A stretch of DNA of 64,000 nucleotides from an uncultured Armatimonadia bacterium. GTDB taxonomy: Bacteria > Armatimonadota > Zipacnadia > CAVVLO01. The DNA lies in the NCBI GenBank assembly GCA_963749155.1, contig CAVVLO010000002.1, positions 960,001 to 1,024,000 on the forward strand. Direction: 5' to 3'. Positions 40,235-48,999 of this stretch are shown in pieces (position 1 is the stretch's first letter; every line of letters begins with the position of its first letter). The notes beneath the pieces are model-generated. The model saw only the letters and a list, made by a program, of their open reading frames with translations. It did no database searches and was not told the DNA's origin. The position numbers were made by a program, and so were the translations under genes.

Positions 40235-41652
40235 TCGGCTTTCAACTCCTCAAGTCTATGAGTAAAAAAATCTTGCAGTTTATTATACGGCTCAAAAGAG
40301 CCTTCCAGCCTAACCATTGCGCGCTGAGCTGCGCTGACTGATCCGGAGTGCCAGGCCCAACCCGCCGCAAGCAGGGCAACGCCCATCGCGGCTTCTGCTT
40401 CTTCGGTGCGCAACAAGGTCCTGCCCAGGGCTGTCGCCATCGCGCGCCCGAGGGTCAGGCCTTTGCCTCCGCCGCCGGACAGATAGAAATCTCCGTCCAC
40501 ATCGGCGCCCGCTACGTTGGCTTCTTCAACTGACCAGGCTGTAACTAGCGCCAGGCCAAGCAGATAACCTGCATACAGGTCAGCCTCATCTGCTGGCTTT
40601 CCGAGTACGAATCCCTCCGCGGTGCCGCTCACAAAGGGCATCCTTTCTCCCTGCCGGACAAGGGGATAAACAAGTGGCGCGCTTTCCAGTCGAGTCTGGG
40701 CGGCGGTGTCAAGCTCTGCCAGCCGGGCGACATCAAAGGTCTTCGTCAGCGCCTCTCCCCCACAGTTGCTGGCCCCGCCCGGCAGCCACCAGCCTTCTGG
40801 ATGCCTGTGACAATAGAGCCTGCCCTGCGGGTCGCGGACCAGTTCACGCGACACGCCCCGGATGGCGATAGTACTGCCCAGGGTGAGATTCCAGTCGCCG
40901 ACCGCGCTTGCCCTCGAAGCCAGGAAGGAGGCCGTCCCATCACTTGCTCCCGCGATAACAGGGGTGCCCTGTTTTAGTCCTGTGCGAGCCGCAGCAGCCT
41001 TTGATACTTCTCCGACCTGCTCACCTGGCCGTACGATGCGCGGAAGTTTTTCATGAGAGATACCCAGTTTGCTTTCTATAAAATCAGGCCACTGGCCAGT
41101 AATCAAATCCACGCCTGATTTGAGCGCATTGGAGGTATCTGTCACATTGAAATCACCAGTGAGCTGGCCAACGAGCCAGTCTGCCGGGTGGAGGAACTTC
41201 GCAGTCCTGGCAAGCAGCTCTGGCTGCTCCTTTGCAATCCAGGCAAGTTTTACCAGCGCGAAAGCGGGCGGGAAGGCATAACCAAGTCGATCACAGAAGT
41301 CGCCAGCAGCCTCGTTCACCGCCGCTTCCAGCCCCTTGGCGCGGTTATCGTTATACATCAGCGCCGGATGAAGTGGGGCGCCAACGACATCAACAGGGAC
41401 GAAAGTGCCCGAGGTAGAATCCACCGATATGGCCGCAACAGGCTGGCCCGCAAGGTCGCTGGAAAGCTTCGTCAGGCACTCGGCACCCGCAAGCCACCAT
41501 TCGGCCGCGTCCTGTTCGGCAAGGCCCGGTGCCGGCACATAGGGCGGGTGGGCAAAAGCCACCTGATGGCGTGCGACCAGATGCCCGTCAGCATCGAAAG
41601 CCATCGCCCGAGCTCCGCTTGTGCCCACGTCCAGTCCGATGACTACGCTCAC
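40210..41652 (-). CDS. FGGY-family carbohydrate kinase (pentulose kinase-like)
   Basis: GLDVGTSG, VDSTSGT, HPADWL, SNALK and GGASNCGG motifs. Confidence 0.88.
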   Translation of the reverse strand: MSVVIGLDVGTSGARAMAFDADGHLVARHQVAFAHPPYVPAPGLAEQDAAEWWLAGAECLTKLSSDLAGQPVAAISVDSTSGTFVPVDVVGAPLHPALMYNDNRAKGLEAAVNEAAGDFCDRLGYAFPPAFALVKLAWIAKEQPELLARTAKFLHPADWLVGQLTGDFNVTDTSNALKSGVDLITGQWPDFIESKLGISHEKLPRIVRPGEQVGEVSKAAAARTGLKQGTPVIAGASDGTASFLASRASAVGDWNLTLGSTIAIRGVSRELVRDPQGRLYCHRHPEGWWLPGGASNCGGEALTKTFDVARLAELDTAAQTRLESAPLVYPLVRQGERMPFVSGTAEGFVLGKPADEADLYAGYLLGLALVTAWSVEEANVAGADVDGDFYLSGGGGKGLTLGRAMATALGRTLLRTEEAEAAMGVALLAAGWAWHSGSVSAAQRAMVRLEGSFEPYNKLQDFFTHRLEELKAECHRRGYL

Positions 41653-41847
41653 AAGAGTGCTTCCTCCGCGCCTCTCTCCAAGGCAACCGAGACTCCAGGT
41701 GCAAACTAGTTATGACGGCAGGAAACTCTCCTTTTAAGGAGAATCGCAATCAGGACTTGGGCTCGCGCCTTTGTCTCACCTGCTTCAAGAGAATCAGATT
41801 CGTCTGGCAAAGAAGTTTTCCTGCCAGAGTTACCGTGGAGGAGAAGC

Positions 41848-42954
41848 ATGAAACCGCATCGATTGATACTGGTAGCCCTTGGGCTCTGTCTGATATCGGC
41901 ACTCGGCTGGGCCGGGTCTGTCACAGGGATTGTCTTTCTGGATGAAAATGCTAGTGGCGCTCGTGAAGCAGGTGAGGCAGGCATCGCAGGAGTGCAGGTC
42001 TCGGATGGCTTCACTCTTGCCCAGACAAATGCCGAGGGAACTTATGCCTTGACTGTGCCTGAGGGATATGCGGTGGTGCGGGTCACTAATCCAACCGGTT
42101 ATTGGTTCTCAGGACCTTTCTGGAAAGGCTTCGAATCAACCAGTGAGCCAATACAGGCCGATTTTGCGCTCATAAAGCAGGAGCAATCGCTGCCGGTGAC
42201 GTTTGCTGATATGACTGACGTCCACGTAAACGATACGGGTTTCCCGCGTTTCCAGGAGTTTATTGGACGCCTTAACGCGCAAGAACCTGCTCCGGCTTTC
42301 GTCATTGCGACAGGCGACCTGGTGATGGATGTACTGGGAGCGAAGACACCAGAACAAGTTGATCATCTTTATGGACTATACGAAACCGCCACGGCTGACC
42401 TCAAGCTGCGTCTTTTCAACTTGCCAGGCAACCACGAGCATGTCGGGTGGAATAGCGATTTTGATCGCGCCCATCCCTGGTTTGCCAAAGGCGCTTATCA
42501 GCGCAAGCTTGGGCCCCTTTATTACTCTCTTAATTATGGGCCTTATCATTTGCTGCTGCTGGACGCGACTACCCAGAATCCTGACGGTGGCTATTTCGAA
42601 GAGATCACCCCTGATTGCCTGGCCTGGCTCGAACAAGAGCTTGCCGCTACGCCGAAAGACTCGTTTCTCGTAGTGTTTGCCCATGAGCCCTTTTACGGCC
42701 TGCGTAATCGCTTCGCCCTGGGCAAATTGCTGACACGCGACCATAAGGTGGTTGCCTGCTTCAGTGGTCATACTCACAACCGGGACCATTATTACTTCTT
42801 TGGGGCGAAGGCCGAAGGCGCAGGAGCGGTCAGCGGTAGTTGGTGGAATGGCCCTAGTCCCGATGGCACTCCTGAAGGCTGCCTGCTTGTGACACTCGGG
42901 CCGCAGGGCATCGTGGACTGGACTTTCCTTGAAGGCTTCCCCAAAGTCGAATAA
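41848..42954 (+). CDS. Secreted calcineurin-like metallophosphoesterase with N-terminal beta-sandwich domain
   Basis: Signal peptide; GVQVSDG N-domain; DVH, GDLV, GNHE, HEP and GHTH motifs. Confidence 0.85.
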   Translation: MKPHRLILVALGLCLISALGWAGSVTGIVFLDENASGAREAGEAGIAGVQVSDGFTLAQTNAEGTYALTVPEGYAVVRVTNPTGYWFSGPFWKGFESTSEPIQADFALIKQEQSLPVTFADMTDVHVNDTGFPRFQEFIGRLNAQEPAPAFVIATGDLVMDVLGAKTPEQVDHLYGLYETATADLKLRLFNLPGNHEHVGWNSDFDRAHPWFAKGAYQRKLGPLYYSLNYGPYHLLLLDATTQNPDGGYFEEITPDCLAWLEQELAATPKDSFLVVFAHEPFYGLRNRFALGKLLTRDHKVVACFSGHTHNRDHYYFFGAKAEGAGAVSGSWWNGPSPDGTPEGCLLVTLGPQGIVDWTFLEGFPKVE

Positions 42955-42984
42955 CACTTTGTAAATTATCTGAAAATAGTCCTC

Positions 42985-43015
42985 TTGCGGTCGCCTTCGG
43001 GCGGCCGCAACTCTT
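42985..43015 (+). terminator. GC-rich hairpin, probable terminator
   Basis: TTGCGGTCGCC-TTCG-GGCGGCCGCAA followed by CTCTT (weak tail). Confidence 0.55.
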
Positions 43016-43043
43016 GGCAACTCGTTTTGTCTCAAGTTATAAT
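43014..43043 (+). promoter_or_regulatory. Sigma70-type promoter of porin operon 1
   Basis: TTGGCA-18 nt-TATAAT; the same arrangement precedes operons 2 and 3. Confidence 0.7.
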
Positions 43044-43065
43044 GCGGCAGTTGGGCTAGCCGAAG

Positions 43066-43177
43066 GACGCTGGCAATCCGGTCGAGAAGGAGGTGCCCCC
43101 CGAGGCCACGCAAAAGCGTCACTCAAGTCAACCACTCAAGCTCAAAAAAGCCAAAGAGAGGCAACATGGTAACTCTC
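43066..43177 (+). ncRNA. Putative structured 5' leader RNA, copy 1
   Basis: GACGC/GCGTC closing stem around a conserved GGYAATC-GGYC-GGAGGTG-AGGCCACGC core, then the hairpin GAGAG-GCAACATGGTAA-CTCTC. Confidence 0.55.
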
Positions 43178-43255
43178 AAAGGCCGTCGGGCTTTGCAGGT
43201 TGATGCTGGAGTTTTCCCAACTCGCAGTAAACAACCATATGGGGGTTACACCAAA

Positions 43256-44991
43256 GTGAAAAAACTCGCAATCGCAGTAGTAGCGCTAGCGCTACTCGCG
43301 CTCGTGCTTGCCCCCGCGATGGCCAAGGATATGCCCGATGTTCCGTTCACCCACTGGGCCTATGACGCAGTGGACGAACTCACCGACATCGGCATTCTGC
43401 AGGGCTATCCGGACGGCACCTACAAAGGCCAGAGGACTCTTACCCGCTATGAGTTCGCCGAGGCCACAGTCAAGCTCGTGCATTACCTCGAGAACTACGT
43501 AGACGAAAAGACCGCCGCCCTGGAGGCTGGCGTTGACGCCGCCGAGGCGCGCGCTATCGCCAAGGACGAGGCCGCCAAAGCCGTTGCGGCCATCAAGCTG
43601 CCGACCTTCGACATGACGATGGATCAGGTTCGGGCCGCCGCTGCCGCCGCTGGCGCGCAGGCTGCCAAAGACGCCCTGGCCGGTATGAGCCCTGGCGTTA
43701 CCAAAGCCGAGGTTCAGGCCATGATCGATGGCGCAGTGCGCAACCTCGTGACCAAAGACTACGTTGACAACCTGGCCGCGGAGTTCCGCGCCGATATCCA
43801 GGAGCTTGGCGTAGATGTCGACGATCTGATGTATCGCGTCGACCAGCTCGAAGCCAAGCTTGTTGCCCTCGATGGCCGCGTATACGCCCTCGAGAACAAG
43901 CCTGACAAGGTCACTGGCAACCTCAAGTGGCGCGTCGGCACCGCCGAAGCCGTCAATGGCATGTATGTCGGCAACTGGGAGCGTTTCAGCAACCTGGAAG
44001 TGCGCGTCAACATCGACGGCAAGATCTCCGACAAGGCCCAGGGCCATATCGGTATCTGGCGTCCGGATGCCACCTATGACTGGGACAACCGCGGCACCCA
44101 CATCGACACCGCTTACGTAGATGTCCAGGACGGCCTGTTCAAGGGCGTAGACTGGCGCTTCGGCAAGCAGTACTACAAGACCGGCTGCGGCCTGACCTTC
44201 GACAACAATACCATCCCCGCAGAGGCCATCAAAGCCAACTTCACGCTGGCTGGCATCGACTTCACCGCTCTGCTGGGCTTCATCGACTCCTCGGCCCCAA
44301 GTTGGTTCAACTCGGGCGACGAGGAAGAGATCCAGGTCTACTCGGCTGCTTACGACTTTGGCCGACTTGGCCTGGTGGGCACGCTACTGCAGCGGGCCGA
44401 CTTCTATGGCGACTATGAAGCCGAGCGCTGGGGCATCGCCGCGATGTACGATGGGCTGGATATCCCGTTCTTCGGGCTCCAGGCTGATGTCGCTGGCGAG
44501 TATACGCAGCTCAAGGACTGGGTCGCGGACAACGCCTGGTACCTCGAAGCCAAGATCGCCGGGGCTGGCTATGAGCCTGGCGACCTGATGCTGAAGGCGA
44601 CCTTCTCCGACAACGAGGACATCTGGTACTGGCTGCGCAGTCGGCGTCAACTACAACGGCATGGTTATGTACAACGGCCTTGCCTGGGACTGGCTCCTGG
44701 ACGACAACAGCGTAATCGGCACCTACGGCGGCAAGACCTGGAGCGCCGCTCTCTCCAAGGACCTCGGTGGCATGGATGCGTTGCTGCGCTGGGTACGTTT
44801 CGACGATGGTCAGCCTTTGGATGATAACGGCTATTTCCGGGCCTGGTGATAGTGCCGACCTGTGGCAACTCAGCCTGACCAAGGAGATCGCCAAGGGCGT
44901 AGACGCCAAGCTGACTTATGCTCTGCTCGATGACGATTACCTGGATGACAGGTTCGACTACTTCGCTGGCTCCATCGACGTGAGCTTCTAA
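43256..44991 (+). CDS. SLH-domain outer-membrane beta-barrel protein (OmpM-like), copy A1; two +1 insertions at 44642 and 44848
   Basis: Signal peptide, SLH motif (DVPFTHWAYDAV...GYPDGTYKG..TLTRYEFA), coiled-coil stalk, beta-rich C-domain ending in Phe. Nearly identical to intact copy A3 apart from two extra bases and a few SNPs. Confidence 0.88.
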
Positions 44992-45005
44992 CTGGCAAAA
45001 GCAAC

Positions 45006-45031
45006 TGGGGGCGGGGTTCGCCTCGCCCCCA
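45006..45031 (+). promoter_or_regulatory. Intercistronic UUCG hairpin between A and B genes (also 48951-48976 and 52800-52825)
   Basis: TGGGGGCGRGG-TTCG-CCTCGCCCCCA, 11-bp stem, no U tail. Confidence 0.7.
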
Positions 45032-45052
45032 CTCCCTAAGGGGGATATACTA

Positions 45053-46879
45053 ATGAAGACACTAGCACTGGCAGTGACCATGTTGTTGATGGTTGCTTTG
45101 CTCGTGCCAGCCGTCGCCAAGGATATGCCGGACGTGCCCTTCGGTCACTGGGCCTACGACGCGGTGGACGAACTCACCGATCTGGGCGTAGTCGAAGGTT
45201 ATCCGGATGGCACTTTCAAAGGCGACCGGACCTGGACGCGCTATGAATTCGCGGTAATGCTCACGCGGATGATCGACTTCCTGGAGGACTACCTTGATTC
45301 GAAGGTAGCCGGGATGGATATGGGCATCACCGAGTCGGCGGCTCGCGCCATCGCTCGGGAAGAGGCCCAGAAAGCTGCCGCGGGCGTGCAACTGCCTGAC
45401 GTCGCGGCTTTCATGAACCAGGTTAACAGCACCGCCACCTCGGCTGGAGCAGCAGCGGCTCGCGAAGCGCTTGCGGGCTACAAGCCAGGCATCTCGAAGG
45501 CCGAGGCGCAGGCAATGATCGACGCCGCGGTCAAGAACTTCGTGGACAAGGGCGCCCTCGATGCGATGGCGCAGGAGTTCCGCGGCGAGCTTGCGATGCT
45601 GGGCGCCGACGTGGACGACCTGATGTACAGGGTCGACGCGCTGGAGACCAAGTTCGCGGCCCTCGAAGCGCGGGTAACCGCCCTCGAGAACAAGCCCGAC
45701 AAAGTCACTGGCGTAATCGAGTGGAAAGCTGGCACCAACGAGTTCCCCGAGACTGGCGAGATCAATCCCAATGAGAACCTTGTTGGACTCGGTGCGCCTG
45801 CCCGCGACTATCTACCCGCTGGCCCAGGCTGGAACCGCTTCAGCAATCTCTCGGTCAAGGTAAACATCGACGGTAAAATCAGCGACAAGGCTCAGGGCCA
45901 TATCACTCTGTGGCGTCCCGATGCCACCTACGATTATATGGGCCGGGGCACCCACATCGACACTGCTTACGTGGATGTCCAGGATGGCCTTTTCAAGGGC
46001 GTAGACTGGCGTCTTGGCAAGCAGTATTTCAAGACAGGCTGTGGCCTGGTATTCGACAATGACCTGTTCCCTTCAGAAGCTGCCAAGCTGAGCTTTAATC
46101 TTGGCGGACTAGATCTGACTGGCTTCTTCGGCTGGACCGACTTCAGTCCAATGGAGGAAGCGTCCGAAGAACCGACCTATGTTGGCGAGGCCAAGTATAG
46201 CTTCGGACGACTCGACCTGGACGGTACCTATATGTTCAGGGGCGAAGGCGGCGCCAGGCGCTGGGGCATCGCGGCTGGGTACGAAGGGCTGGACGTGCCC
46301 TTCTTTGGGCTCAAAGCCAATGTCAAGGGCGAATGGGCTTCGATCGTAGATGCAATAGGGGGCGGAGTGCTGCCTCCTGGTATCTCGGACGAGGCTTATT
46401 ATGCCCGCGCAGATATCATGGGCAAGGGTTGGGAACCAGGCGACTGGATGTTTACAACCACCTGGGCCGAGCAGCAGCTTGGTTATCTGGCCCTCCTCAA
46501 CAGCACCCATCCATATAGCCTGGGCGTTCTCTACAATGGCTTGCCCTGGGACTATATGCTCAGCGACAACGTGACAATGGGCCAGCCTGGCATGTTCGCT
46601 TATAGCGCTGGGCTGTCTGGAGAACTGGCTAATATGCCTGTCAGTCTCCGTTGGGCGCGTTGGTCACCAACTGGAGCTTTGCTGGCTGCACTCGGCGCTC
46701 CAGCCGGCGTAGACTTCGACATCGACGTCTACCAGGTGACCCTCGACAAGGAACTGGCAGAAGGAGTTATGGCTCGCCTTACCTGGGCCAACTTCAAGCC
46801 AAGCATCGACTCTCCAGTTCCTATACCCTACGACCTGGAAGCGCAGTACGTTGGTGGTTCCATCAACGTGCTGTTCTAA
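45053..46879 (+). CDS. SLH-domain outer-membrane beta-barrel protein (OmpM-like), copy B1
   Basis: 608 aa: signal peptide, SLH, coiled coil, C-terminal GGSINVLF. Confidence 0.88.
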   Translation: MKTLALAVTMLLMVALLVPAVAKDMPDVPFGHWAYDAVDELTDLGVVEGYPDGTFKGDRTWTRYEFAVMLTRMIDFLEDYLDSKVAGMDMGITESAARAIAREEAQKAAAGVQLPDVAAFMNQVNSTATSAGAAAAREALAGYKPGISKAEAQAMIDAAVKNFVDKGALDAMAQEFRGELAMLGADVDDLMYRVDALETKFAALEARVTALENKPDKVTGVIEWKAGTNEFPETGEINPNENLVGLGAPARDYLPAGPGWNRFSNLSVKVNIDGKISDKAQGHITLWRPDATYDYMGRGTHIDTAYVDVQDGLFKGVDWRLGKQYFKTGCGLVFDNDLFPSEAAKLSFNLGGLDLTGFFGWTDFSPMEEASEEPTYVGEAKYSFGRLDLDGTYMFRGEGGARRWGIAAGYEGLDVPFFGLKANVKGEWASIVDAIGGGVLPPGISDEAYYARADIMGKGWEPGDWMFTTTWAEQQLGYLALLNSTHPYSLGVLYNGLPWDYMLSDNVTMGQPGMFAYSAGLSGELANMPVSLRWARWSPTGALLAALGAPAGVDFDIDVYQVTLDKELAEGVMARLTWANFKPSIDSPVPIPYDLEAQYVGGSINVLF

Positions 46880-46901
46880 GCAACATTCAAACCCGCAACA
46901 G

Positions 46902-46935
46902 AGAGTCCGGGGCTTCGGCTTCGGACTCTTTTTTT
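46902..46935 (+). terminator. Rho-independent terminator of porin operon 1
   Basis: AGAGTCCGGGGC-TTCG-GCTTCGGACTCT followed by a T tract. Confidence 0.85.
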
Positions 46936-46945
46936 GTGATATGGG

Positions 46946-46974
46946 TTGGCAGAAAAGCAATCTCGTATTACAAT
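46946..46974 (+). promoter_or_regulatory. Sigma70-type promoter of porin operon 2
   Basis: TTGGCA-17 nt-TACAAT. Confidence 0.7.
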
Positions 46975-46993
46975 ATTTTACAGAAGTTTTACA

Positions 46994-47116
46994 GAGAGCT
47001 GCGGTAATCGGGCCACCAGGGAGGTGAGCTTCGAGGCCACGCCAAGTTCTCAAATAAGTCACTTCGTGGGCAGTCCGAGAGTAGGACGAGGCAACACGGT
47101 GACTCCTCTACCCTCG
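46994..47116 (+). ncRNA. Putative structured 5' leader RNA, copy 2
   Basis: GAGAGCT/AGTTCTC closing stem around the same core, then the hairpin GAG-GCAACACGGTGA-CTC. Confidence 0.55.
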
Positions 47117-47175
47117 TGACTTCCCTATAACGATTAAGTTCGTCAGGTAATATCCCAAATTAGGGGGGGTCATAA

Positions 47176-48936
47176 GTGAAACCACTTGCAGCTACGGTAG
47201 TAGCGCTAGCGCTACTCGCGCTCGTGCTTGCCCCCGCGATGGCCAAGGATATGCCCGATGTTCCGTTCACCCACTGGGCCTATGACGCAGTGGACGAACT
47301 CACCGACATCGGCATTCTGCAGGGCTATCCGGACGGCACCTACAAAGGCCAGAGGACTCTTACCCGCTATGAGTTCGCCGAGGCCACAGTCAAGCTCGTG
47401 CATTACCTCGAGAACTACGTAGACGAAAAGACCGCCGCCCTGGAGGCTGGCGTTGACGCCGCCGAGGCGCGCGCTATCGCCAAGGACGAGGCCGCCAAAG
47501 CAGTCGCGGCCATCAAGCTGCCGACCTTCGACATGACGATGGATCAGGTTCGGGCCGCCGCTGCCGCCGCTGGCGCGCAGGCTGCCAAAGACGCCCTGGC
47601 CGGTATGAGCCCTGGCGTTACCAAAGCCGAGGTTCAGGCCATGATTGATGGCGCAGTGCGCAACCTCGTGACCAAAGACTACGTTGACAACCTGGCCGCG
47701 GAGTTCCGCGCCGATATCCAGGAGCTTGGCGTTGACGTAGACGATCTGATGTACCGCGTTGACCAGCTCGAAGCCAAACTTGTTGCCCTCGATGGCCGCG
47801 TATACGCCCTCGAGAACAAGCCTGACAAGGTCACTGGCAACCTCAAGTGGCGCGTCGGCACCGCCGAGGCTGCTAATGAGTATTACGATGCCATGTATGG
47901 GTGGATCAACTATCCAGGTAACTGGGAGCGCTTCAGCAACCTGGAAGTGCGCGTCAACATCGATGGCAAGATCTCGGACAAGGCCCAGGGCCATATCGGT
48001 ATCTGGCGTCCAGATGCCACCTATGACTGGGACAACCGTGGCACCCATATCGACACCGCTTACGTGGATGTCCAGGACGGCCTGTTCAAGGGCGTAGACT
48101 GGCGCTTCGGCAAGCAGTATCTGAAGACCGGCTGCGGCCTGACCTTCGACAACAATACCATCCCCGCCGAAGCCATCAAGGCCAACTTCACACTGGCTGG
48201 TATCGACTTCACCGCTCTGCTGGGCTTCATCGATGCCTCCGACCCGAGCTACTTTATGAGTGGCGACGAGGAAGAGATCCAGGTCTACTCGGCTGCTTAC
48301 AGCTTCGGCCGGCTTGGCCTGGTGGGTACGCTGCTCGAGCGCGCTGATTTCTATGGCGACTACGAAGCCGAGCGCTGGGGCATCGCCGCGATGTACGATG
48401 GGCTGGATATCCCGTTCTTCGGACTCCAGGCTGACGTCGCTGGCGAGTATACCCAGCTTGAGGACTGGGTTGCAGACAACGCCTGGTACCTCGAAGCCAA
48501 GATCGCCAAGAAGGGTTACGAGCCTGGCGACCTGATGCTGAAGGCGACCTTCTCCGACAACGAGGACATCTGGTACTGGCTTCGTTCGGCTGTCAACTAC
48601 AATGGCATGGTGCTGTATAACGGCCTTGCCTGGGACTGGATCCTGGACGACAACAGCCTGGTAGGCACCTTCGGCGGCAAGACCTGGAGCGCCGCTCTCT
48701 CCAAGGACCTCGGTGGCGTAGACGCACTGCTGCGCTGGGTGCGTTACACTGACAGCCAACCGCTCGATGACAATGGCAACTTCTGGACCTACGATGACGC
48801 CGACCTGTGGCAACTCAGCCTGACCAAGGAGATCGCCAAAGGTGTAGACGCCAAGCTGACCTATGCCCAACTCAATGACAAAGCCTTCGATGAGAAGTTC
48901 GACTACTTCGCTGGCTCGATCGACGTGAGTTTCTAA
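47176..48936 (+). CDS. SLH-domain outer-membrane beta-barrel protein (OmpM-like), copy A2
   Basis: 586 aa with the same N-terminal stalk as A1/A3 and substituted loop segments; ends AGSIDVSF. Confidence 0.88.
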   Translation: MKPLAATVVALALLALVLAPAMAKDMPDVPFTHWAYDAVDELTDIGILQGYPDGTYKGQRTLTRYEFAEATVKLVHYLENYVDEKTAALEAGVDAAEARAIAKDEAAKAVAAIKLPTFDMTMDQVRAAAAAAGAQAAKDALAGMSPGVTKAEVQAMIDGAVRNLVTKDYVDNLAAEFRADIQELGVDVDDLMYRVDQLEAKLVALDGRVYALENKPDKVTGNLKWRVGTAEAANEYYDAMYGWINYPGNWERFSNLEVRVNIDGKISDKAQGHIGIWRPDATYDWDNRGTHIDTAYVDVQDGLFKGVDWRFGKQYLKTGCGLTFDNNTIPAEAIKANFTLAGIDFTALLGFIDASDPSYFMSGDEEEIQVYSAAYSFGRLGLVGTLLERADFYGDYEAERWGIAAMYDGLDIPFFGLQADVAGEYTQLEDWVADNAWYLEAKIAKKGYEPGDLMLKATFSDNEDIWYWLRSAVNYNGMVLYNGLAWDWILDDNSLVGTFGGKTWSAALSKDLGGVDALLRWVRYTDSQPLDDNGNFWTYDDADLWQLSLTKEIAKGVDAKLTYAQLNDKAFDEKFDYFAGSIDVSF

Positions 48937-48999
48937 CTGGCAAAAGCAACTGGGGGCGAGGTTCGCCTCGCCCCCACTCCCTATAAGGGGGATATACTA

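Larger units (their letters stand above)
43252..45732 (+). repeat. ~2.5 kb near-identical direct repeat (partner ~51048-53526)
   Basis: A gene, A-B spacer and B 5' half match at an offset of ~7.8 kb with only scattered substitutions. Confidence 0.9.

Noticed and set aside
43066..43130. Leader as a c-di-GMP-I or c-di-AMP riboswitch (GGCAA...ACGCAAAAGC resemblance in copy 1)
   Set aside because: The resemblance is not kept in copies 2 and 3 and the canonical elements of those classes are not evident; a cmscan would be needed to exclude it fully.
43166..43255. Upstream ATG extension of porin A1
   Set aside because: Paralogues A2 and A3 start at the GTG equivalent to 43256, followed by a signal peptide.
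47212..48870. Long antisense ORFs over the porin genes (also 43292..44101, 49009..49998, 51082..51897, 52856..54070)
   Set aside because: Shadow ORFs expected from strong codon bias on the sense strand; no recognisable motifs, RBS or promoter.
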